In this document: positions 8,202 to 18,840 of the stretch, piece after piece
Layout: each line of letters begins with the position of its first letter
How positions within the stretch are numbered: the stretch's first letter is position 1
From: Prevotellaceae bacterium
GTDB taxonomy: Bacteria > Bacteroidota > Bacteroidia > Bacteroidales > UBA932
Length of the DNA stretch: 61,279 nucleotides
Reading direction: 5' to 3'
NCBI GenBank assembly: GCA_031257315.1
Contig: JAIROW010000035.1
Coordinates: forward strand, 1 to 61,279
Notes under the pieces: generated by a model
What the model saw: only the letters and a program-made list of their open reading frames with translations
What the model was told of the DNA's origin: nothing
Database searches by the model: none
Position numbers and translations under genes: made by a program

Positions 8202-11200
8202 CTACATACCAATCAATACTACTGTTATTTTAAATTTTTTACCATTCAGACAGCTTGACAGGCTGGACGTATATTCAAAATTTATATATCTTGCCGTCTG
8301 TCCGTTGTATATCACAGATGGCAGTATTCCAGCCTCGTATGCTCCTTTACCGTTGAATATAAGTCCATTGGACGGTGTTTGCAGATTCATGTAGTTCTGT
8401 ATTCCGGGTATTGATGTATCGTATGTCAATGTTCCTTCAAAATCCATTCCAAATATCTGATTTATCTGCAAAACTTCGGCATATTTGTAACATACGGTAA
8501 CTGTATCGGGGGTTCTCATGTTGAAGTTGCTGTTTTTGATGATGTGCAAATACAGCCTTCTTGTATAGTTCGATATACAGTTATTTGATATTGTGTATGT
8601 ATAAATATGCGTGTTTGTTCCTGTAAGCAAATCGGAATTTATTATTCCAGTCTGCGGATCTACAGACGCTGAATAGCCGACGCTTGCCCATGTAATGTTT
8701 GTAAGATACGAAGTATCGACGTATTTCGACAGATTGACAGTCTGAGCAGGATACAGACATGTATGCACTCTGATGTCGGGATAGTTAATTAGCGTTCTGA
8801 TGATGTTTGTTTTGATTCCGACGCGGGATATGGCAGTACAGCTTGTCGCAGTTGTGAATGTTTCGATAAAGAGTGAATCGGTATCGTCCATTATGCCAAG
8901 GTCTATTTCCAGCAGGCTTCCGTTGCCGTTGCCGCTTCCCCTGAGCATGCCTCCGGTTCTGTCGTCGTAAACCTTATATTCGACCCCTGTTTTACTGGGG
9001 TATATGTTAATTTTTGCAATCGAGCCGAGACATACGGGAGCAAAATGAACGTCAGCGGCAGTAAGGAGAATAGGCGGTTCATTGATTATAACCTGCTTGA
9101 CAGGCGAAACACAGCCATTTTTGTCGCGTACTATTACGTCGTAAACTCCGGCAGCCAATACATTTCCAGTAGAGTTTGCCACACTGTAAGACATACCGCC
9201 GTCGATGCTGTATTCATAAGGCTGGGTTCCGCCGGTTACTCCCGATACCGTTATGCAGCCGTCGGAGCTGCCGTTGCAACTAATATCGGTAACTGTCGGG
9301 TCAGGTACGGTAAACTCCTGCGGCTGTGATATTGTTTTTGTTTCGGCGACTGTTGTACAGTTGTTTGCGTCTTTGATAACAATATCATAATCTCCAACAG
9401 ACAGATTAAAGAAATCATGTCCAGGGTTGAAATGCTGACCGTTGTCGATACTGTACTGGTACGGAGGAACGCCGCCTGTCGTGCTGATACTTACAGAGCC
9501 GTCGTTTGCACCCCTGCACGATACGTCCTTGACCGTTATTGTCGAAGTGATTGCAGCCGGCTGCGTTATGGTTTTCGTTACCGTATCGGAAAAACAGCCA
9601 TTTATGTCGGATACATATATCTGATAAGTTCCGGCAACAAGCGGACCGCTGTTGGAAGACGAGCTGTATTTGTTACCATAGTAATATAATGCAATATTTC
9701 CTGTTACGCCTGTAATCTTTATGTTGCCGTCTGTTCCACCGAAACACATCACATCTTTTACATCAATCTGCGCCGTCGCCATCGAAGGTGGGGTGTTTAC
9801 TGTAAACGTAACCTCCACCGGATATAATGACCTGCATTTTGTACTCTGATTTACAGCTTCTACGTAGTATTTTGCGGGTGATGCCGTCGGCACTGTATTC
9901 AGCGTTATTTTCAACTGGCTGTTTGTTCCGGCGGCAGATCCGACAAGTACATGGCTGTCCGTATATACTTCGTAGGTAATTCCTGCCACAGAAGAACTGA
10001 TAGTAACAACCGGTTTGCTGCCGGCGCATACCCTCTCGTTGGCAGATATATATGGAAGTATTGGAGGCGACACAGTTTGGATTGATACCTTTGTACGCGG
10101 CAGCGATGGACATTTTCCGTTATACGACTCAACATAATAATCTACGGAAGTTATTGGGTAGTTCAGATTTCCGACACACTGAATATCCAGCGTTCCGCCG
10201 TTCCCCTGCGCCGAGCCGACCATTGTTCCGCCGGTCGAAGCGCTCCATACCCTGTATTCCAAATTTGAATTGGTGTTTTTCACTGTAATTGTTGGAGCGC
10301 TGTTTTCACATACCTTTACCGCAGGTAAATCTGTCGCAGGTATAACTGTAGCATTTGGCAGCACGGTGAACTCAGTTTCAAGTTCTCTGGTTTGACTGTA
10401 TATAGAATTGTCGGTAACAAGCAATTTCACTTTGTGTTTTCCGTTTCCTGTCAGGAAATAGCCGGCAGGCGCAGTCCACTGTTCCAGATTTAACAGGTCT
10501 GTTCTTTCAACGCCATCAATATACCATTTTAGACGGTCGCCATTCATTGACAGCGGATACTGAATAGATGCCGTAAATGTAAATTCCGAATTGCAGTACG
10601 TTTGTCCGTTTGCATCTTGAAAATGTATATCGTACAGAAAATTCATGTCATTTATATCGTCGATGGAAAAATAAGCGTCAAGCTGTCTTGCCGAAGCCGC
10701 AGCCATATAGTAATAGGATTCGGCGTTCCCCAGCCCGTACCCCAGAATTATTAATCCGTATGGATTTTCGTATGTATAGACAAACTGGTACTTATCCATT
10801 TTCATTATGATATATGAATAACCGGAAGCGGAATTATGTACCCATGCTTCTCCAGCCAGCGATACAGTCGGTCCACCTCCCAGTGCATACGTGGTAGCGT
10901 TCACGTGAGCAGTCGGAACAATAACTATGGCATAATGAACATTCAAGGCAGAAGTTCCGGACGGAATAAAAGGCGAGATAACCGTATGAGAAACACTCTG
11001 TTCCAAAGGAGGCACCAATGTTATGGAAGGGTCGCCACGTTCAGTTTGGGGCAATGCCGTAAGCGCTGTTCCCGATAATAGATATGAGCCGACGGCTACA
11101 GGTTTATCCGATTCTATATAACACCCTTGATCCTTCTGACTAATTTCAAGTTCGACAAACTGACCTGCATTCAAATTCAGCGAACCCTGTACGATGTTTC

Positions 11201-12059
11201 CCACTGTATGGGTAACTGTTGTACCGTTCTGGGACGCAATAATACGTATATGTTCTCTACCCCTGTTTGTTACCGGTATAAGAAACTTTTTTCCCCACGT
11301 CGATACAGGCAACATTTGCTGAAACAGACAATCGCAGGTGCCACTAACAACAGGTACATTTACGCATGAATTTACAGAAAAGAAAGCGACAGGTTTGTCG
11401 GCAGTAATATGCCTGCCAGTGTTGTCTGTCCATAAATTGTTTATCTGTTCATAATATTTGCTGTACACCTCTCCCGCATTTATTGTAGCTGTATATACGC
11501 CATCAATTTCTATTTTTGTACCATTCTGGGTAGCGACAATGCAGAACCCATCACCCGGCACATTCGGTTGTAAATTGTTATGTGGCATGTATGACAGATG
11601 GTAATAATCCGTACCCAGATTGCTGGTTGGCAAAACATTTGTAGCATCGCTGGTGAATTTTTGTATATTGATGGCAAACATTGATATATCGTAATCGCTT
11701 GTTACATGCAGCGACCGGTTGCTTATGCCAGGAATCTTGTTATCGTTGTACAGCGCCTCTTTTTGAGCCTTGCTCAGTGAATATGTATATACCTGCCCTG
11801 CCGTTACAGATATTGTTGCATTTAGAGAAATATTGCTTGTAAAACTCAACGAAATCTGAGTGTTTCTTGGCGCTACAAACCTTAATTGCAATGTAAGACT
11901 ATCAATTGTGCTACCGGGTTTTATCCTTACACCGTCGTTATCGCCGTAAGTCAGCCAAAAATCGTTACCAATAGTTGTAAGCTGTCCCTGCGCGTGAAGC
12001 GTGTTGCCAGCCGTTATCAGCGAAAGAGCTAAAACTGTTATAATCAGTATATTTTTCAT
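8202..12059 (-). CDS. Large secreted/cell-surface protein with SprB-type repeats and Ig-like repeat modules (adhesin or gliding-associated-like)
   Basis: Has a signal peptide. Three C-x-G-x-x-DG...GG-x-x-PY-x-YS-x-D-x-G motifs (SprB repeat), and about 3 repeated modules of the form C..S.P.I.V...EY.V...VGSA.G.. No recognisable T9SS C-terminal domain was seen by eye. Confidence 0.7.
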   Translation of the reverse strand: MKNILIITVLALSLITAGNTLHAQGQLTTIGNDFWLTYGDNDGVRIKPGSTIDSLTLQLRFVAPRNTQISLSFTSNISLNATISVTAGQVYTYSLSKAQKEALYNDNKIPGISNRSLHVTSDYDISMFAINIQKFTSDATNVLPTSNLGTDYYHLSYMPHNNLQPNVPGDGFCIVATQNGTKIEIDGVYTATINAGEVYSKYYEQINNLWTDNTGRHITADKPVAFFSVNSCVNVPVVSGTCDCLFQQMLPVSTWGKKFLIPVTNRGREHIRIIASQNGTTVTHTVGNIVQGSLNLNAGQFVELEISQKDQGCYIESDKPVAVGSYLLSGTALTALPQTERGDPSITLVPPLEQSVSHTVISPFIPSGTSALNVHYAIVIVPTAHVNATTYALGGGPTVSLAGEAWVHNSASGYSYIIMKMDKYQFVYTYENPYGLIILGYGLGNAESYYYMAAASARQLDAYFSIDDINDMNFLYDIHFQDANGQTYCNSEFTFTASIQYPLSMNGDRLKWYIDGVERTDLLNLEQWTAPAGYFLTGNGKHKVKLLVTDNSIYSQTRELETEFTVLPNATVIPATDLPAVKVCENSAPTITVKNTNSNLEYRVWSASTGGTMVGSAQGNGGTLDIQCVGNLNYPITSVDYYVESYNGKCPSLPRTKVSIQTVSPPILPYISANERVCAGSKPVVTISSSVAGITYEVYTDSHVLVGSAAGTNSQLKITLNTVPTASPAKYYVEAVNQSTKCRSLYPVEVTFTVNTPPSMATAQIDVKDVMCFGGTDGNIKITGVTGNIALYYYGNKYSSSSNSGPLVAGTYQIYVSDINGCFSDTVTKTITQPAAITSTITVKDVSCRGANDGSVSISTTGGVPPYQYSIDNGQHFNPGHDFFNLSVGDYDIVIKDANNCTTVAETKTISQPQEFTVPDPTVTDISCNGSSDGCITVSGVTGGTQPYEYSIDGGMSYSVANSTGNVLAAGVYDVIVRDKNGCVSPVKQVIINEPPILLTAADVHFAPVCLGSIAKINIYPSKTGVEYKVYDDRTGGMLRGSGNGNGSLLEIDLGIMDDTDSLFIETFTTATSCTAISRVGIKTNIIRTLINYPDIRVHTCLYPAQTVNLSKYVDTSYLTNITWASVGYSASVDPQTGIINSDLLTGTNTHIYTYTISNNCISNYTRRLYLHIIKNSNFNMRTPDTVTVCYKYAEVLQINQIFGMDFEGTLTYDTSIPGIQNYMNLQTPSNGLIFNGKGAYEAGILPSVIYNGQTARYINFEYTSSLSSCLNGKKFKITVVLIGM

Positions 12060-12071
12060 AATCTTATCTTC

Positions 12072-12593
12072 TTATCTGTTTATCTGTTTTGAATTATCGG
12101 CTCTGGTTTTAATAACATACCGTTCCTCCGACAGCACACCGTTATTTAAATACTGTATCTGATTGCGGAATGTTAGAGCATTATCTGTAACTTCAACCTC
12201 GTATTCGGATACGTGCGTTGAATAGAGTACTGATATTTTGTTGTCCTGAATACTGAAAGTTCCTGTTTTGCGCAATCCGTCAGCATATTCGAAAGTAATT
12301 ATCTTTTTCGGTTCAATAATTATTTTTTTAGGACGTCTCAAAAACGTGCTGACAGTATCGTTTGCCAAATTTTTTACGACTACAACTCCTCCAACGGTTT
12401 TATCGACAAATATCGAATCGACAATCCACGTTTTTTCGAGAATATGTTTTTTAAAGGCTTTGTTTAAAGACATCTGCGCCGGTTTTTCTGTCTGCGCCAG
12501 ACATGGCGATAAAACACATAGCATTAAAGCCGTAAACAAAACTATAGGTTTAATAATCTTAAAAACCTTTTGAATGTAAGAATAATCCATCAT
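12072..12593 (-). CDS. Hypothetical secreted protein, probably co-transcribed with the 1285-aa gene
   Basis: N-terminal hydrophobic signal. Only a 12-nt gap to the downstream gene. Confidence 0.55.
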   Translation of the reverse strand: MMDYSYIQKVFKIIKPIVLFTALMLCVLSPCLAQTEKPAQMSLNKAFKKHILEKTWIVDSIFVDKTVGGVVVVKNLANDTVSTFLRRPKKIIIEPKKIITFEYADGLRKTGTFSIQDNKISVLYSTHVSEYEVEVTDNALTFRNQIQYLNNGVLSEERYVIKTRADNSKQINR

Positions 12594-13260
12594 TTTTTAC
12601 TTTTTTTTATAATTAACAATCTTTAACTTTCTATTACTTAATTTTTATGATGATATTTTTTACCCTGTATTCATATTGTCAAATTTTTTTTGACCGCTGA
12701 CAAAATACATTATTCCCGTTTTTTCTCCCGTAATCGACATATTATTAAATCATGTCAATGCGTAAAAAATACAATCACTAAAATCAGTCGTTCAAATAAC
12801 GTATTGACAATAAAATACATTGTCTATATTATTGCTATATATAAACTTACATTTACAATATCAAACATGTTCCTGAGAACGACGCGGCAAAAGTAGATAT
12901 TAGTTTTTAGATAAAAAAACAGGAGTTGAATATATGTACTTACAATTCTTAAAAAACATCAAATTCTTAAATGTTAATTTTGTGAATTACAGGTATTTGC
13001 TACAAAAACAGAGAGAACATTTTGGCTGTTTATTAATAAAAATTAGCTAACTTTAATAGATAGATTAACACTTATTTTCGAGAAAACAGCCCATTTCACG
13101 AAAACATCGAGCCAGTTTTTTCTATTTTTTACCGTCTTTTAATTTTTAATTGATTTACATATTTTTTATAACACGCATATTATCAGCAATTTGTATAAAA
13201 TGCCGGCGCATATCCAATACAAAACATGAAAAATATATCGACAGTCTGAAAAATTATTAT

Positions 13261-13268
13261 TACCTTTG
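13261..13268 (+). promoter_or_regulatory. -7 promoter box TAccTTTG upstream of rplM
   Basis: TAnnTTTG consensus ~70 nt upstream of the rplM start. Confidence 0.5.
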
Positions 13269-13340
13269 CGCCCGCTTTTGTGCAAATGTCATAACAGCGT
13301 TATGTTATAAATTAGTATTATTGTAAAAAGATTAGGTAAG

Positions 13341-13793
13341 GTGAACACTTTAAGTTACAAAACAGTATCGGCAAACGTATCGACCGTAAAAAAAGGCTGG
13401 TATGTAATAGATGCTACAGATGTTGTGTTGGGACGTCTTGCTTCGCGAATCGCACTGGTTTTGCGCGGCAAAAACAAACCCGACTTTACCCCTCATGTGG
13501 ACTGCGGCGATAATGTGATTATTATCAATGCAGACAAAATCAGACTGACGGGTAAAAAAAGAACCGACAAGGTGTATGTACGTCATACCGGATACCCCGG
13601 AGGACAGCGTTTTGCAACCCCTCAACAGCTGTTGAGCCGCAAACCATGCGCCGTGATAGAAGCTGCCGTGAAAGGTATGCTTCCGAAAAACAGGCTTGGA
13701 GCCCAATTGTTTAACAACTTGTTTGTTTATGCTGCAAACGAGCATCCTCACGAAGCTCAACAGCCTAAACAGATAACATTAAATGAAATTTAA
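13341..13793 (+). CDS. rplM: 50S ribosomal protein L13
   Basis: N-terminus NTLSYKT... and length are typical of L13. GTG start. Confidence 0.93.
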   Translation: MNTLSYKTVSANVSTVKKGWYVIDATDVVLGRLASRIALVLRGKNKPDFTPHVDCGDNVIIINADKIRLTGKKRTDKVYVRHTGYPGGQRFATPQQLLSRKPCAVIEAAVKGMLPKNRLGAQLFNNLFVYAANEHPHEAQQPKQITLNEI

Positions 13794-13802
13794 AACGGAA
13801 CA

Positions 13803-14192
13803 ATGGAAGTAATTAATGCACTTGGAAGAAGAAAATCTGCTATTGCTCGCGTTTACGTATCAGCCGGAAACGGAAAAATTACAATCAACGGTCGTCCCCT
13901 TGAAGTATATTTTCCATCGGAATTGTTGCAGTTTGTAGTAAAACAGCCGCTGTCAGTTACCGAAAATGAAGGAAAATACGACGTCAAGGTAAATTTGAAC
14001 GGAGGCGGAATTAAAGGACAGGCAGAAGCTCTGCGTCTTGGAATTGCCCGCGCTCTGTGCAAAATTGACGCCGAAACATTCCGTCCAAAATTGAAATCCA
14101 ATGGATTTTTGACCCGCGATTCACGCGAAGTTGAACGTAAAAAACCGGGACGTCCCGGCGCCCGCAAACGGTTTCAATTCAGTAAACGTTAA
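13803..14192 (+). CDS. rpsI: 30S ribosomal protein S9
   Basis: GGG..GQA.A.R.GI.RAL motif and a C-terminal KRFQFSKR. Confidence 0.93.
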   Translation: MEVINALGRRKSAIARVYVSAGNGKITINGRPLEVYFPSELLQFVVKQPLSVTENEGKYDVKVNLNGGGIKGQAEALRLGIARALCKIDAETFRPKLKSNGFLTRDSREVERKKPGRPGARKRFQFSKR

Positions 14193-14358
14193 CACGGAAA
14201 AATGCAGTTTTTTATTATGCACAGCGACAGTTATCAATTATCTGCAACAGAATTACCGGCAGATAATGCTGCGTTGCGGAAAATTTGCCCGACCGAGTCT
14301 CTCGCTACGGGAAAATTGACGAAAAGAGTTATAAATGTAAAAAAAGAGAATTAAAAAA

Positions 14359-15180
14359 ATGTCAAAAACAACATTTCAGGAATTACTTGATGCAGGCGTT
14401 CACTTCGGACACATGAAACGCAAATGGAATCCCAAAATGGCGCCATATATCTTTATGGAAAAAAACGGGATTCACATTATAGACCTGCACAAAACAGTTG
14501 TAAAAATAGATGAAGCCGCAAAAGTTCTGTTCAGTATTGCACGATCGGGGCGAAAAGTATTGTTTGTGGCAACAAAAAAACAGGCAAAAGACATTGTTGC
14601 CGAAAAAGTTCAGCCAACAGGTATGCCATACGTTACGGAGCGCTGGCCCGGCGGAATGCTTACCAATTTCCCGACTATACGCAAGGCAGTAAAAAAAATG
14701 ATGTCCATCGACAGAATGTTGAGCGACGGAACATTTGAAACACTGTCGAAACGCGAAAAACTTCAGATTTCGCGACAAAGGGCAAAACTGGAAAAAAATC
14801 TCGGCTCAATTTCAGAGATGTCGCGTTTGCCCGCAGCCCTTTTTATTGTTGACATTCAAAAGGAATCCAATGCCGTAAAGGAAGCAAAACGTCTGAATAT
14901 TCCAATTATAGCAATGGTTGACACCTGCTGCGACCCTACAGACGTTGATTTTGTAATACCATCGAATGACGATGCTGCCAAATCAATCGAACTGATTGTA
15001 GGAATTGCCTGCGATGCCATCAGAGAAGGCTACGAAGAACGCAAACTTGAAAAGGACAAAGATACTCCGGTTTCAAGTGGCGAATCCGAAAAAACGCACA
15101 CAAAAATGAGATCGCGTAAAAACAAGTCGAAAAATAACAGCAATAATAACAATTCCGAAAACAGCAAATCGGAAAAATAA
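14359..15180 (+). CDS. rpsB: 30S ribosomal protein S2 (with Lys/Asn/Ser-rich C-terminal extension)
   Basis: LLDAGVHFGH and RWPGGMLTN motifs. Confidence 0.93.
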   Translation: MSKTTFQELLDAGVHFGHMKRKWNPKMAPYIFMEKNGIHIIDLHKTVVKIDEAAKVLFSIARSGRKVLFVATKKQAKDIVAEKVQPTGMPYVTERWPGGMLTNFPTIRKAVKKMMSIDRMLSDGTFETLSKREKLQISRQRAKLEKNLGSISEMSRLPAALFIVDIQKESNAVKEAKRLNIPIIAMVDTCCDPTDVDFVIPSNDDAAKSIELIVGIACDAIREGYEERKLEKDKDTPVSSGESEKTHTKMRSRKNKSKNNSNNNNSENSKSEK

Positions 15181-15207
15181 ATTTTGTAACATAACAAAAA
15201 TAAAATT

Positions 15208-16035
15208 ATGGCAGAAATAACCGCAACCGATGTTGCGAAATTAAGAAAAATGACCGGAGCGGGAATGATGGACTGTAAAAATGCTCTTGTAGAAGCAAAC
15301 GGAAACTTCGACCGCGCACAGGAAATAATTCGTGAAAAAGGAAAATTAGTTGCAGCCAAACGCGCCGACCGCGAAACAACAGAAGGCGCAGTTATTGCAA
15401 AAATTGACTCTTCTGCAAAAGAAGGCATTGTTGTAGCTCTTGGCTGTGAAACGGATTTTGTTGCAAAAACCGATGATTTTAAATCATTGTCGGCAAAAAT
15501 CGCCGACGCTGCAATTTCCGTTTTACCGAAAGACGGAACAGAACTCGAAGCTATTGTTGTTGACGGTTCTTCCATCGGGCAGTTAATCAGCGACCAGACC
15601 GGCAAAAGCGGTGAAAAACACGTGATTGCCGCATACAAAAGAATTTCGGGCGAATACTTGGCGGCATATATTCACATGAATAACAAACTTGCTACCGTTG
15701 TGGCTTTTAATAAGGCAATTCCATCGGAAGTCGGCAAAGACATTGCAATGCAGGTTGCAGCAATGAATCCTGTATCTGTAACTCGAAACGACTGTCCACC
15801 CGAAGTTATAGAACGGGAACTGCAAATTGGCAGAGAACAGGCGCGTCTCGAAAATAAACCGGAAAACATGATCGATAAAATTGCCGAAGGCAAATTGGGC
15901 AAATTCTTCAAGGAAAGTACTCTTTGCGAACAGGATTTTATAAAAGATGCAAAAATTTCGGTTGCTCAGTATTTAAAAAGCGCCGACGCCACTGCCGCAA
16001 TTACCGGATTTATTCGTTTTTCGTTAAATGATTAA
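15208..16035 (+). CDS. tsf: Elongation factor Ts
   Basis: VAKLRKMTGAGMMDCKNAL (UBA-like N-terminus of EF-Ts). Follows rpsB. Confidence 0.93.
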   Translation: MAEITATDVAKLRKMTGAGMMDCKNALVEANGNFDRAQEIIREKGKLVAAKRADRETTEGAVIAKIDSSAKEGIVVALGCETDFVAKTDDFKSLSAKIADAAISVLPKDGTELEAIVVDGSSIGQLISDQTGKSGEKHVIAAYKRISGEYLAAYIHMNNKLATVVAFNKAIPSEVGKDIAMQVAAMNPVSVTRNDCPPEVIERELQIGREQARLENKPENMIDKIAEGKLGKFFKESTLCEQDFIKDAKISVAQYLKSADATAAITGFIRFSLND

Positions 16036-16100
16036 TACAAAGAAAACACTAAGAATTTTTTTGATCATAACTGAAAGTTTTTAAATTATTTAAATGTTGT

Positions 16101-16136
16101 GGAGAGGACATTTCTAAATGTCCTCTCTATTTTTCT
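16101..16136 (+). terminator. Rho-independent terminator after tsf
   Basis: 12-bp stem GAGAGGACATTT/AAATGTCCTCTC followed by TATTTTT. Confidence 0.75.
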
Positions 16137-16334
16137 TTACGTTTTATTTAGAACAAAAGAGAGGATTTAAAAAAAATACTGTTTATGGAAGAAATCGGGA
16201 AACGGGAATGAGTGAAGACTGTTACCGTCCCCGTTCTCCAAACAAAAATTTGCAGTACACAAAAATGTGGGTTAACTGAAAACTGTCAACTGAAAAATTT
16301 TTATCATCAATGTATGTAATTGAAAAAATTCATT

Positions 16335-16342
16335 TATCTTTG
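16335..16342 (+). promoter_or_regulatory. -7 promoter box TAtcTTTG upstream of the GH30 gene
   Basis: TAnnTTTG consensus 31 nt upstream of the ATG at 16373. Confidence 0.5.
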
Positions 16343-16372
16343 CACCTGATTTTAATATTAAAATGTCGTTGT

Positions 16373-17803
16373 ATGAAAAATAGAATTATATTGATTTTGT
16401 GTCTGTTATACACGGTTTCCTGTAATGTCAGACCTGATGTGGAGTGGATTGTTTCGACGTCCGAATATTCGTGGAAATCTCAAAGTCCCGATAGTGTAAA
16501 GTTTTTAAAAAACGTCAAATTCGATGCGGAAGTAGATGTTCAAAATCCGCAGCAAACAATTGAAGGTTTTGGTACGTGCTTCAATGAACTCGGATGGACG
16601 TCTTTGAGTCTTTTGAGCGAAATCGACAGAGAAAACATTATGAAAGAACTGTTTGCACCGGGAATTGGCGCAAATTTTACGGTTTGCAGAATGCCTGTTG
16701 CCGCCAATGATTTTTCGAGAAACTGGTATTCCTACAATGAAACGGACGGCGATTTTGAAATGAAAAATTTCAGTATCGACAACGATAAGGAAACGTTGAT
16801 ACCGTTTATTAAAAATGCCTTGAAATACAATCCTGACATAAAAGTATGGGCATCGCCGTGGTCGCCACCCCAATGGATGAAAGACAACAAACATTATGCC
16901 TGTAAACCCTTGAACGACCCGTATTTCGACCTGAACTTTACCAACGGCATGCTCCCCGAACAGGAACGCGCCGAAGGTTACAACATGTTTATTCAGGAAG
17001 ATGAATATTTTAAAGCATACGCCCTGTATTTTGCAAAATTCATCGAAGCATACCGCGCAGAAAATATAAATATTTCAATGGTAATGCCGCAAAATGAATT
17101 TAATTCATGTCAGCCGTTTCCAAGCTGTACATGGACTGCCGCCGGTCTTAACCGTTTTGTTGGAAAATTTTTAGGTCCAAAAATGAACGAATTAGGCGTA
17201 GAACTGGTATTCGGAACAATGGAACGTCCTGATCCTCTTCTGGTTGACACACTATTGAAAGATCCCGAAAGCAGCAAATATATTAAGGGTGTCGGTTTTC
17301 AGTGGGCAGGAAAAGAATCTATTGGCAAAATTCACAAAAAATATCCCGAACTTAAACTGTATCAGACCGAACAGGAATGTGGAAACGGCAAAAACAGCTG
17401 GGAATACTGCCGTTATGCGTGGACTTTGATGAAACACTATCTCGAAAACGGCGTTAGCGTATATGATTACTGGAACACTTCTCTCGAAGAGGGAGGAATG
17501 AGCCGCTGGGGCTGGAGACAAAATTCGCTGGTAACAGTCAACAGTACAGATAAAACTTATAAATACACATACGAATACTGGCTGTTAAAACATGTCAGCA
17601 AATATGTACTCAAAGATGCAAAATTTTTACCCGTTTCCGGAACTTTCGACAATTTGCTATCATTCAAAAATATTGACGGAAGTTATGTTGTTGTTTTATA
17701 CAATGATAAAAATGAAACTGTAAAACCTGTAATAAAAATCGGCGAACACACTGTTTCCGTTTCTTTGCAGCCCGATTCGTTTAACACAATTGTTATAAAA
17801 TGA
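16373..17803 (+). CDS. Glycoside hydrolase family 30 (glucosylceramidase / beta-1,6-glucanase-like) lipoprotein
   Basis: QTIEGFG, WASPWSPPQWMK and MPQNEFN motifs are typical of GH30. The ATG at 16373 gives the lipoprotein signal MKNRIILILCLLYTVSC, whereas the track ORF starts at 16310. Confidence 0.8.
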   Translation: MKNRIILILCLLYTVSCNVRPDVEWIVSTSEYSWKSQSPDSVKFLKNVKFDAEVDVQNPQQTIEGFGTCFNELGWTSLSLLSEIDRENIMKELFAPGIGANFTVCRMPVAANDFSRNWYSYNETDGDFEMKNFSIDNDKETLIPFIKNALKYNPDIKVWASPWSPPQWMKDNKHYACKPLNDPYFDLNFTNGMLPEQERAEGYNMFIQEDEYFKAYALYFAKFIEAYRAENINISMVMPQNEFNSCQPFPSCTWTAAGLNRFVGKFLGPKMNELGVELVFGTMERPDPLLVDTLLKDPESSKYIKGVGFQWAGKESIGKIHKKYPELKLYQTEQECGNGKNSWEYCRYAWTLMKHYLENGVSVYDYWNTSLEEGGMSRWGWRQNSLVTVNSTDKTYKYTYEYWLLKHVSKYVLKDAKFLPVSGTFDNLLSFKNIDGSYVVVLYNDKNETVKPVIKIGEHTVSVSLQPDSFNTIVIK

Positions 17804-18831
17804 CGCTGAAATTGCCTGATGGACGTACTTCGCTGATTTTGACAGGCGAAAGTATCGGAAATTTATCGGCATACATAAATGCGCCCGCCATATACATTCT
17901 TACAAATCAAGATGTATATGATTTATATGGCAGTACTTTTCCAAAAAATGCTTCCGTGTTTATTTTGCCTTCCGGCGAAAAAAATAAAACCATGAATACG
18001 GTTGTCGATGCTGTCAGACAGTTAATAGAAAAGGGAGCAGACAGAAAATCGTTTATAGTTGGCATTGGAGGAGGAATTGTATGCGATATAACCGGCTTTA
18101 TATCATCAATATACATGCGCGGTTTGCGTTTCGCATTTGTCCCAACGACTTTGATGGCTCAGGTTGACGCAAGTGTCGGTGGAAAAAACGGCGTAAACTG
18201 CGACGGATATAAAAACATGATTGGAGTTTTCAATCAGCCAGATTTTGTGCTTTGCGATACGGAAACTCTCAAGACGCTGAATGACAGAGAATTTAAGTCG
18301 GGATTGTCGGAAGTTGTAAAAAGCGGACTGATTGCCGACGCCAGTCTGTTTAATTATCTGGAAAACAACGTTGAAGCAATTATGAACCGCAACAGTGAAA
18401 CCTTAAATCATATTGTGGAAAAAAGCATACGGATAAAAGCTAAAATTGTCGAAAATGACGAAAAAGAATCTGGCGAGCGGAAGAAACTGAATCTTGGACA
18501 CACTTTCGGTCATGCTATTGAAAAACGTTCCGACAATATCTGTCTGCATGGCGAAGCAGTAAGTTTGGGTTTAATTATTACTGCTAAAATTTCAAAAAAA
18601 TTAAATCTGCTTTCGGAAAACGATTTTGACAGAATTGTCAATCTTTTGAAAAATATTGGGTTACCAATTTATACCGATATTCCTGTAAAAGAATTGATTG
18701 AAACTGCCGGAAAAGACAAAAAAAAGCAGGGAAATACATTGCACTTTGTTCTTAACAGGGGTATTGGAAATGCGGAAATAGCGGAAATAAGTTACAGAGA
18801 ACTGGAACAGCTTATAGAAAGCTGTTCGTAA
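17800..18831 (+). CDS. aroB: 3-dehydroquinate synthase
   Basis: GGGIVCDITGF, VDASVGGKNGVN and LNLGHTFGHAIE motifs. Its ATG overlaps the GH30 stop (ATGA). Confidence 0.88.
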   Translation: MTLKLPDGRTSLILTGESIGNLSAYINAPAIYILTNQDVYDLYGSTFPKNASVFILPSGEKNKTMNTVVDAVRQLIEKGADRKSFIVGIGGGIVCDITGFISSIYMRGLRFAFVPTTLMAQVDASVGGKNGVNCDGYKNMIGVFNQPDFVLCDTETLKTLNDREFKSGLSEVVKSGLIADASLFNYLENNVEAIMNRNSETLNHIVEKSIRIKAKIVENDEKESGERKKLNLGHTFGHAIEKRSDNICLHGEAVSLGLIITAKISKKLNLLSENDFDRIVNLLKNIGLPIYTDIPVKELIETAGKDKKKQGNTLHFVLNRGIGNAEIAEISYRELEQLIESCS

Positions 18832-18840
18832 CAGCGCAAC

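Noticed and set aside
15030-15638. A 202-aa ORF on the minus strand.
   Set aside because: It spans the rpsB-tsf junction antisense to two highly conserved genes, so it is a shadow ORF.
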